Part shown: piece by piece, positions 24,259-30,867 of the stretch
How the letters are laid out: each line of letters opens with the position of its first letter
Numbering within the stretch: position 1 is the stretch's first letter
Source of the DNA: Geobacter sulfurreducens PCA
Lineage (GTDB): Bacteria; Desulfobacterota; Desulfuromonadia; Geobacterales; Geobacteraceae
DNA length: 32,000 nucleotides
Assembly (NCBI RefSeq): GCF_000007985.2
Contig: NC_002939.5
Coordinates: forward strand, 840,001-872,000
Direction: 5' to 3'
The notes under the pieces: generated by a model
Told to the model about the DNA's origin: nothing
The model's input: the letters and a program-made list of their open reading frames with translations, nothing else
Databases searched by the model: none
Program-made: the position numbers and the translations under genes

Positions 24259-24651
24259 TCAGAACCGGCGGATGACGAACTGGCCGCGGGCGAGCCTGTT
24301 CTGGAGCCAGAGGCCCAGGAACTGCTTGATGACGGCACGGGTGGGGGGAATGATGAAGAACAGGCCGACCACGTCGCTGAAAAAGCCGGGGGTCAGGAGG
24401 AGCAGCCCTCCCAGGAGAACCAGCGCGCCGTCGAGCAGGCCGGCGGCCGGGAGCCGCCCCATGGCCAGCTCATCCTGGATGCGGCGCAGGATCACGAAGC
24501 CCTGGGAGCGGACCAGCCAGGCGCCGGCGAGGCTGACGACCAGCAGCAGGGCCACGGTGGGCAGGGCGCCGATCAGTTTGCCCACCCTGATGAGGAGGTA
24601 GAGCTCGATGATCGGAACAACACTGAAGATGAGAAAGAGTCTCAGGAGCAT
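24259..24651 (-). CDS. fxsA: FxsA-family inner-membrane protein
   Basis: [19 protein letters not shown] and the hallmark [14 protein letters not shown] motif. ATG at 24651; the track ORF is extended to 24822. Confidence 0.85.
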   Translation of the reverse strand: MLLRLFLIFSVVPIIELYLLIRVGKLIGALPTVALLLVVSLAGAWLVRSQGFVILRRIQDELAMGRLPAAGLLDGALVLLGGLLLLTPGFFSDVVGLFFIIPPTRAVIKQFLGLWLQNRLARGQFVIRRF

Positions 24652-24694
24652 GAAGGATGAGCGCGGCAGCGCGCCGGGGACGCGGGGACGGCCC

Positions 24695-25579
24695 TCAGGC
24701 GTCGCCCATGCAGAGGCGCAGCCGCGGCTTGGAGTTTCTGGAGCGGGTGGTCTCCGACGCGCCCGCCAGCCGTCCCGTGGCCACGAGGTAGCCGTAGGCC
24801 AGGCCGAGGACGTCGGCGACACCGCCCATGGTGAGATTCATCCGCACGTACTTGCGGTCTAGTTCCGTGAGAAACGCGACCGGATCGCCCCCCTCGGCAA
24901 TGAGCCGCTCCAGGGTCTGGCCGTCGCGCCGCAACCGGGCCAGCCCCATGGTGCCGCAGCGATGGAGGGTGGTGGTGTCGTCCACCGTCTGCATGAGGCG
25001 GGCAAGCATGGCAAAGGAGGCGCTGGTGAAGCAGCCGGTCCGTTCGATGGCCGCCAGATACACCGGCACGGCACAGGTGAACAGGGACGGGAGCCCGTCC
25101 AGGACCTCGTGCACGACCCCGCCGGTGCCGAAGCGGGAACGGGCCGAATGGCCGTTGGTTGCCTGCTCACGGCGCAGGGCGAAGAATTCCTCGCCCAGCT
25201 CGGACACCGCCCGGCTCAACCGCTTTTCGTCATCTGAGTCGCAGCGCCAGCGGGCAACCAGCAGAAGTCCGCTCAGGAAGAAGTAGCCCTTGAGGGTGTT
25301 TGAGCCCAGCTCCTCCATCATGACCTCTTCGGCCCGTCGGCCGATCACGGCCTGACAGAGGAAACGCTCTCCGTCGGTAAGCGAACGGATCAGTTCCGCC
25401 AGGTAGTCGCCCAGAATATGGAGCGACCGCTCCATCTTGTCGAGTGTAAGATCGGGGTGGGACCCTTGGTTGGCCATGTCCACGAGCCCCGGTTTCGGCG
25501 TCAGATAGAGTGCCATGGCCCCCCCCTTGACGAGGGACTGGGCAAACTGCTCAATCTCGAAGATGCGCGAGGAGTTCAT
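24695..25579 (-). CDS. citG: Triphosphoribosyl-dephospho-CoA synthase (CitG/MdcB family)
   Basis: TPKPGLVD...GSHPDL, NTLKG, DDTTTL...GTMGL and NLTMGGVADVL line up with the conserved CitG blocks (SPKPGLVD, NTHKG, DTN, SPGGSADLL). GGGAGG Shine-Dalgarno upstream. Confidence 0.85.
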   Translation of the reverse strand: MNSSRIFEIEQFAQSLVKGGAMALYLTPKPGLVDMANQGSHPDLTLDKMERSLHILGDYLAELIRSLTDGERFLCQAVIGRRAEEVMMEELGSNTLKGYFFLSGLLLVARWRCDSDDEKRLSRAVSELGEEFFALRREQATNGHSARSRFGTGGVVHEVLDGLPSLFTCAVPVYLAAIERTGCFTSASFAMLARLMQTVDDTTTLHRCGTMGLARLRRDGQTLERLIAEGGDPVAFLTELDRKYVRMNLTMGGVADVLGLAYGYLVATGRLAGASETTRSRNSKPRLRLCMGDA

Positions 25580-26066
25580 GAAGCCTCCCGGGTATCTCCG
25601 CCGGGGTGAGGTGTCGGTGGCGGATGCAGTCGGCGGCCCGTTGGCCGCACGCGAGACAAGGACGAGGGGTGAGTCCGAGGAGCGCCCGGCTTATCCGGGT
25701 TCCGCTGCCGTCGTACACATCCAGATCGATGAGCTGCGAAAAAGGTGTTCCCATCTCCAGGGCAATACAGCGTCTTTTAACCTCAATCGCGTCCAAAGGG
25801 ACGTGCATAATAGCATATGTATCGTCCTTGTCACCAGATTTCTTGAGGTTGAGCAGCTCGGGGAGAACCTTCACCAAGTTCCGGAAGGTAATCGACAGAG
25901 CTGCTTCGAGCCGGTCGTCAAGACCGCCCTCCGGCGTAGCCAGGGAGAGGATCAGGGTGGTCGGGTAGCCGGCGTCCAGGTAGAGGGAAAGCACGTCCTG
26001 GCGCCGTGCGGAAAGGCCGGGACTAAGAACGGCGCATCCGCGCCACGTTTTCGAGGGTACGTCCAT
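25551..26066 (-). CDS. citX: CitX-like holo-ACP synthase (apo-carrier 2'-(5''-phosphoribosyl)-3'-dephospho-CoA transferase)
   Basis: LSARRQD..., IALEMGTPFSQLIDLDVYD and RPCLACGQRAADCIRHRHLT resemble the E. coli CitX blocks (LVSRDERQ, IELEHSHPLGRLWDIDV, RRCLLC..AAVCAR). Overlaps citG by 29 nt. The ATG at 26066 is chosen; the track extension to 26249 overlaps a predicted promoter. Confidence 0.7.
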   Translation of the reverse strand: MDVPSKTWRGCAVLSPGLSARRQDVLSLYLDAGYPTTLILSLATPEGGLDDRLEAALSITFRNLVKVLPELLNLKKSGDKDDTYAIMHVPLDAIEVKRRCIALEMGTPFSQLIDLDVYDGSGTRISRALLGLTPRPCLACGQRAADCIRHRHLTPAEIPGRLHELLAHLRD

Positions 26067-26124
26067 GGGGCGCTCCACCACTCCGACTAGGCCGACAACT
26101 CGATGTCGGTGAATACCGTTGCTT

Positions 26125-26133
26125 ATTGTAGCA
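26125..26133 (-). promoter_or_regulatory. Extended -10 element (TGCTACAAT) upstream of citX
   Basis: Minus strand reads TGCTACAAT ~60 nt upstream of the citX ATG, in a locally AT-rich patch. The -35 is weak. Confidence 0.4.
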
Positions 26134-26287
26134 TGGAGGCTGCGGAAATAATAACGTGTATACATTAAAGAGGGGAAGGAGGCTCGTGGTCCGGCTGACT
26201 GGCACGTTCCGCAATGTCTGCCCTTGTGACCGCTGCCGGCTCCGGTCACAGAACAAAATTGCGAGAAGGAACGATCCGGTCGGGAGG

Positions 26288-27250
26288 CTAACGGGAAACG
26301 GTGTTGCCCCCCGCTGCCTTTGCCCTGTCGAGCGCCGCGAGCGCGTTATCCGCAATGGTGGGTCCGTCGATGCCCGGGGTGGCTTCGGCCACCCCCGCCG
26401 AAATGGAGAGCGGCGGCAGCATGGCGCCGTCCCCCATGTCGATGACGGTGCGCATCAGGCGTTGCCTGAGCCGGTCCGCGATCATCCATGCTGTGGATGG
26501 TTCCGTTTCGGGGAGGAGCACCGCGAAGGTGTCGCCGCCGTAGCGCGCCACCAGCTCGCCGGGGCGGAGGGAGTTCCGGAGGGTTTTGGCGACGTCGTGC
26601 AGGGCCCGGTCGCCGCCGGCGCGACCGTGGCGCTCGTTGAACGCGCGAAAGCCATCGATGTCGATCATCACCAGGGACAGGGGCCGGCCGTTGGCGGTGA
26701 AGCGATCCACCTGCCGCGAGAGAATCCCCTCCAGCCAACGTCTGCTCTGGAAACCGGTAAGGGGGTCCACCACCGCCTGGTTGCGGAGGGCGTAGTCGCG
26801 CACGGTCCCCGAGAAGCTCTCCTGGGGAGAGCCTCCCCTGCCGCGCAGAAGGATGCCGAGCAGGTTGCAGGCGGCTGCGTGGGATGCCTGGGCCAGGGAC
26901 CAGATCAGGTCCTCCTCCAGGATCATGAGCCGCGTTTCTTCAGCGGCCACGAGGGTGCAGGGGACTTCCGGCTCACCGGAAACGAGGCTTTGACCGACGA
27001 TGTCGCCCCGCTCCAGGTGCAGGGGCGTGTCGTCCCGTTCCCGGACGTCGTAGTAGAGGGCGAGGCGGCCGTCCAGGATCAGGTGGATGGTTCGACCCAG
27101 AGGGCCGGCCGGCTCAAAGCGCTCGCCCCGCTCCAGGCTGACCACGCAACTGTGCTCAAGAATGCCTTCGATGCACTCGAGGGGAACGAAGCGGAACAGG
27201 GGCAGCGCTTCCAGTTCGCCGGCGCTGAACGGCAGGTGGTTCCTGGACAT
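26288..27250 (-). CDS. Cyclic-nucleotide-binding-like domain fused to a GGDEF domain with a variant GGDTF active site
   Basis: The N-terminal CAP-effector-type fold (LPLFRFVP...LERGDIVGQ...) lacks the R[ST]A phosphate-binding Arg. The C-terminal domain has DPLTGFQSRR, MIDIDGFRAFNERHGRAGGD and RYGGDTF. Confidence 0.9.
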   Translation of the reverse strand: MSRNHLPFSAGELEALPLFRFVPLECIEGILEHSCVVSLERGERFEPAGPLGRTIHLILDGRLALYYDVRERDDTPLHLERGDIVGQSLVSGEPEVPCTLVAAEETRLMILEEDLIWSLAQASHAAACNLLGILLRGRGGSPQESFSGTVRDYALRNQAVVDPLTGFQSRRWLEGILSRQVDRFTANGRPLSLVMIDIDGFRAFNERHGRAGGDRALHDVAKTLRNSLRPGELVARYGGDTFAVLLPETEPSTAWMIADRLRQRLMRTVIDMGDGAMLPPLSISAGVAEATPGIDGPTIADNALAALDRAKAAGGNTVSR

Positions 27251-27272
27251 GGGATCCTCGCGAACCGGGGGA

Positions 27273-27818
27273 TCAGTATCCCCTGACGATTACTTCAAGA
27301 TGGCCGTCGTTGGGGCAGAAGATGAGGCCGTGGACCGGTACATCCCGCGGGATGAGGGGGTTCTGGCGGATCACCGACGTGACGCGGGCCACGTTTTCCT
27401 CGGGGCACGAAAATGCACCCATCCACTGGGCCAGATCAGGCACCTGGGCTTCGATGACGGAGGGGTCTATGCCGCGCGCCACCATCCGCTGCCTGAGGTC
27501 GCCGGAATCCACCGCCGCCATGCCGCAGTCCCGGTGGCCGATGACGAAGATCTCTTCCACGCCGAGCATGAACACCGCCGCCACGAGACTCCTGATGACG
27601 CCGCCGCTGATGGGATCCACGATGGTGTTGCCGGCGTTCTTGATGACCTTCGCGTCGCCCCGCCTGATTCCCATGGCTGGTTCCAGGAAATCCACCAGGC
27701 GCGTGTCCATGCAGGTGAAGATGGCGAACTGTTTTTTCGGGTTCTTGGCCAGGGGGGGGAACGCGCCGGGGCGGACGAACTTTCTGTTTGCGTCCAGAAT
27801 GGTGTCGAGAAGGGTCAT
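27273..27818 (-). CDS. Beta-class carbonic anhydrase
   Basis: Zn ligand motifs FTCMDTR (CxDxR) and GHRDCGM (HxxC). The ATG at 27818 has GAGGAA upstream. The track extension to 27851 overlaps the predicted -10. Confidence 0.9.
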   Translation of the reverse strand: MTLLDTILDANRKFVRPGAFPPLAKNPKKQFAIFTCMDTRLVDFLEPAMGIRRGDAKVIKNAGNTIVDPISGGVIRSLVAAVFMLGVEEIFVIGHRDCGMAAVDSGDLRQRMVARGIDPSVIEAQVPDLAQWMGAFSCPEENVARVTSVIRQNPLIPRDVPVHGLIFCPNDGHLEVIVRGY

Positions 27819-27850
27819 GGCATTTCCTCGCACAGGTTTGAGCGACGCCA

Positions 27851-27879
27851 TATATACCGGCGGCCGTCCCTCCTGTCAA
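27851..27879 (-). promoter_or_regulatory. Predicted sigma70 promoter for the carbonic anhydrase/GGDEF genes
   Basis: Minus strand reads TTGACA (perfect -35)-17 nt-TATATA. Confidence 0.55.
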
Positions 27880-27932
27880 TGGGTTTCTCCTGCCACTGCA
27901 GAGGGTGATAGCGTGTAACTCTGCGACGTAGT

Positions 27933-27960
27933 TTGACAATTTGCCGTGCGCTGGTAAGGT
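27933..27960 (+). promoter_or_regulatory. Predicted sigma70 promoter for the ompA-family gene
   Basis: TTGACA (perfect -35)-16 nt-TAAGGT, preceded by TG (extended -10). Divergent from the promoter at 27851-27879. Confidence 0.5.
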
Positions 27961-28011
27961 TTGAAAGGGATTTGATCCCGATATCCGTTGCCTGTCTACA
28001 GGGAGGTCGCC

Positions 28012-29412
28012 ATGAAGGTGAGAACCATCGTTGGTGTCGCGTTTGCCGTCGCCCTGCTGGTCGCGTCGACGGCAGCCGCGGAGAACAGGGCCGGTTTCTT
28101 TTCACTCAGTCCCTATTTCGGAGGCTATACCTTCGACGGGGAGCAGCACATCCGCACAGCGCCCACTTTCGGCATCCGGGGCGGATACAACCTTACTCCA
28201 ACCTGGGGGGTGGAGACCGTGTTCGGCTTCTCTCCGGCCGAGGAGACCAAGGGCAGCCAGGTCGACGTGGACTCCTATACCTACCGGCTTGAGGGGCTCT
28301 ACCATTTCATGCCGGAAAGCTCCCTTGTGCCGTTCCTGGCGGTCGGCGCGGGCGGGACGACCCTCGACTACGCCGCCGGTTCCAACGGCCGAGATCGCAC
28401 GGACGGCATCCTCACCTACGGCGGCGGGGTCAAGTACTTCATCACCGACGTCGTGGCGGTACGGGGCGACGTGCGGGGCATCTTCGATCTGGGATATTCG
28501 TACAGCAACGTCGAGTACACGGTCGGCTTGAGCTATCTGTTCGGCGGAGCCGCCCCGGCGGCCAGGGCAGTTCCAGCGCCGCAGGCTGCGCCCGCACCGC
28601 CGGCTCCGGAGCCCGCCCCTGTCGTCGAACCCGAGCCTGCGCCGCTCCCCATGGCTGCCGAGCCGACGCCGGGCCTCATGAAGTACTGCATCACCCTCAA
28701 CATTGAGTTCGACATCGACAAGGCCGACGTCCGTCCCCAATACCACGACGAGGTGAAGCGGGTGGCTGACTTCCTGAAGGAGTATCCCTCGACCACGGCC
28801 GTGATTGAGGGACACACCGACAATGTGGGGGACGACGCTTACAACATGAGGCTTTCCCAGCGGCGCGCCGAAAGCGTGGTCAACTACCTGGTGGACAATT
28901 TCGGGATCGACAGGACACGCCTCTCCGCCCGGGGCTTCGGCAAGACCCGCCCCATCGCCGACAACTCCACCGAGGCGGGAAAGCAGCGCAACCGCCGGAT
29001 CGAGGCGATCATCGACTGCGCCCTGGAGGACCCCAAGGTCATCGCGGCCCTGCCTGACCGGCTCTGCATCGCCCTGAAGGTCCAGTTCGACACGGACAAG
29101 TGGGACATCAAGCCCCAATACCGCGGAGAGATCGCCAAGGTGGGCGATTTCATGACGCGGAATCCTACTACCACGGCAATCATCGAAGGGCATACCGACC
29201 GGGTCGGCACCGCCGACCACAACATGAAGCTCTCCTTGCGCCGGGCCGAGGCGGTAGTCAATTACCTGGTCGAACACTTCGGCATCGAACGTTCGCGCCT
29301 CTCCGCCAAGGGATACGGCTTCAGCCGGCCCATCGCCTACAACTCCACGGCCGAGGGCCGGGCCCTCAACCGGCGGATCAACGCCATCATCGACTGCGTG
29401 ATCAAGAAGTAG
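28012..29412 (+). CDS. OmpA-family outer-membrane protein: N-terminal beta-barrel, Pro/Ala-rich linker, two tandem OmpA C-terminal (peptidoglycan-binding) domains
   Basis: Signal peptide MKVRTIVGVAFAVALLVASTAAA with GGGAGG Shine-Dalgarno. Linker APAPPAPEPAPVVEPEPAP. IEGHTD..G....N..LS.RRA..V..YL occurs twice. Confidence 0.92.
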   Translation: MKVRTIVGVAFAVALLVASTAAAENRAGFFSLSPYFGGYTFDGEQHIRTAPTFGIRGGYNLTPTWGVETVFGFSPAEETKGSQVDVDSYTYRLEGLYHFMPESSLVPFLAVGAGGTTLDYAAGSNGRDRTDGILTYGGGVKYFITDVVAVRGDVRGIFDLGYSYSNVEYTVGLSYLFGGAAPAARAVPAPQAAPAPPAPEPAPVVEPEPAPLPMAAEPTPGLMKYCITLNIEFDIDKADVRPQYHDEVKRVADFLKEYPSTTAVIEGHTDNVGDDAYNMRLSQRRAESVVNYLVDNFGIDRTRLSARGFGKTRPIADNSTEAGKQRNRRIEAIIDCALEDPKVIAALPDRLCIALKVQFDTDKWDIKPQYRGEIAKVGDFMTRNPTTTAIIEGHTDRVGTADHNMKLSLRRAEAVVNYLVEHFGIERSRLSAKGYGFSRPIAYNSTAEGRALNRRINAIIDCVIKK

Positions 29413-29430
29413 CGGCCGCGATCTGAAGAA

Positions 29431-29466
29431 AAAGGGCCGTCTCCCCCATGGGAAGACGGCCTTTTT
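29431..29466. terminator. Bidirectional rho-independent terminator between convergent ompA-family and ntrX-like genes
   Basis: AAAAAG-GGCCGTCT-cccccatgggaa-AGACGGCC-TTTTT. The A-tract upstream and T-tract downstream serve both strands. Confidence 0.75.
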
Positions 29467-29486
29467 CGTGCGAAAGGATATGCCCG

Positions 29487-30857
29487 TCATTTTTTAGCGT
29501 CGATCCCGTAACTCTTCATCTTGCGGTAGAGGTTGCTCCGCTCCAGCTCGATGGCGTCGGCGGTGCGCGAGATGTTCCAGCCGTACTCCTCCAGTTTCTG
29601 GATGATGAATTCCCGCTCGAATTCTTCCCGTGCCTCTCGGAGCGACGAGGGCTCCAGGGCGGCCTCGCTTCGGGGCAGAACTCCCTCGCGACCCGCGCCT
29701 TCGCCAATCGACGGGGGAATGCTGTCCGGGGTGATCACCCGCCCCGGGGTCATGATGACGAGCCGCTCCACGATGGTACGCAGCTCCCGCACGTTGCCGG
29801 GCCAGTCGTGCCGGGCCAGGATGGCCAAGGCTTCGGGAGGCATGGTTTTGCGTTCCTGGCCCTCCCGGCGGGCGAAGATGTCGAGGAAGTGCTCCACCAG
29901 CGGCACGATGTCATCCTGCCGCTCCCGCAGCGGCGGCACCGCGAGGCTGACCACGTTCAGCCGGTAAAACAGGTCGGGGCTGAAGCGGCCCGCCCGGACC
30001 TCTTCCTCCAGATTCCTCGTGCTGGCGGCCATGATGCGCACGTCCGCCTCGATGGACCTAGTTCCACCGGCCCGCTCGAATTTCCGCTCCTGGATGAGGC
30101 GCAGGAGCTTCGCCTGGGCGCGGGGCGGCATGTCGCCGATCTCATCCAGAAACATGGTGCCGCCGTTGGCCAGGTCGAGCTTCCCCTTTTTCTGGGTCGC
30201 GGCACCGGCAAAGCCCTTTTCGTGGCCGAAGAGCTCGCTCTCGATGAGTTCTTCGGGCAGGGCGGCGCAGTCGAGTTCCACGAAGGGCCGGTCGCGGCGG
30301 GGGCTGTGGTAGTGCAGCGACCGGGCCGCCAGTTCCTTGCCGGCCCCGTTTTCGCCGGTGATGAGCACCGGCGCGTCGGCCGGGCCGGCCAGCCGGACTT
30401 GCTCCCGCAGCCGTCCCATGGCCTCCGACTCCCCCATGATCTCGTGTCCCCTGAAGCTCAGGGCGCGCAGCGAATCGTTCTCGGCCCGGAGCCGTCCTGC
30501 GTCCAGGCCGTTGCGGACCGTGACCAGGATCTTTTCCAGGGAGAGGGGTTTCTCGATGAAGTCGAAGGCCCCCATTTTGGTGGACTTCACTGCCGTTTCA
30601 ATGGTGCCGTGGCCCGACATCATGACCACCGTGAGGCCGGGGTCGGCCGTCTTGAGCCGTTGGAGGGTCTCCATGCCGTCCAGCCTGGGCATCCAGATGT
30701 CCAAAAGCACCAGGTCGGGCCGATCTTTCTGGACCGTCTCCAGGGCCTCGACGCCGTCGCGCGCGAAGGCGGTCCGGTACCCCTCGTCCTCCAGAATGCC
30801 GGCCAGGGCCGTGCGGATGTCCTGTTCGTCGTCCACGACGAGTATCGTTTCGTTCAC
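29487..30857 (-). CDS. ntrX: NtrC-family response regulator (REC + AAA+ + Fis-type HTH), NtrX-like, lacking a canonical GAFTGA loop
   Basis: REC domain (VVDDE, LLDIWMP, KP), Walker A GENGAGKE, Walker B MFLDEIGD, HTH NISRTADAIELERSNLYRKM. GTG start with GAGAGG Shine-Dalgarno. Confidence 0.88.
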   Translation of the reverse strand: MNETILVVDDEQDIRTALAGILEDEGYRTAFARDGVEALETVQKDRPDLVLLDIWMPRLDGMETLQRLKTADPGLTVVMMSGHGTIETAVKSTKMGAFDFIEKPLSLEKILVTVRNGLDAGRLRAENDSLRALSFRGHEIMGESEAMGRLREQVRLAGPADAPVLITGENGAGKELAARSLHYHSPRRDRPFVELDCAALPEELIESELFGHEKGFAGAATQKKGKLDLANGGTMFLDEIGDMPPRAQAKLLRLIQERKFERAGGTRSIEADVRIMAASTRNLEEEVRAGRFSPDLFYRLNVVSLAVPPLRERQDDIVPLVEHFLDIFARREGQERKTMPPEALAILARHDWPGNVRELRTIVERLVIMTPGRVITPDSIPPSIGEGAGREGVLPRSEAALEPSSLREAREEFEREFIIQKLEEYGWNISRTADAIELERSNLYRKMKSYGIDAKK

Positions 30858-30867
30858 GTAATCCTCT

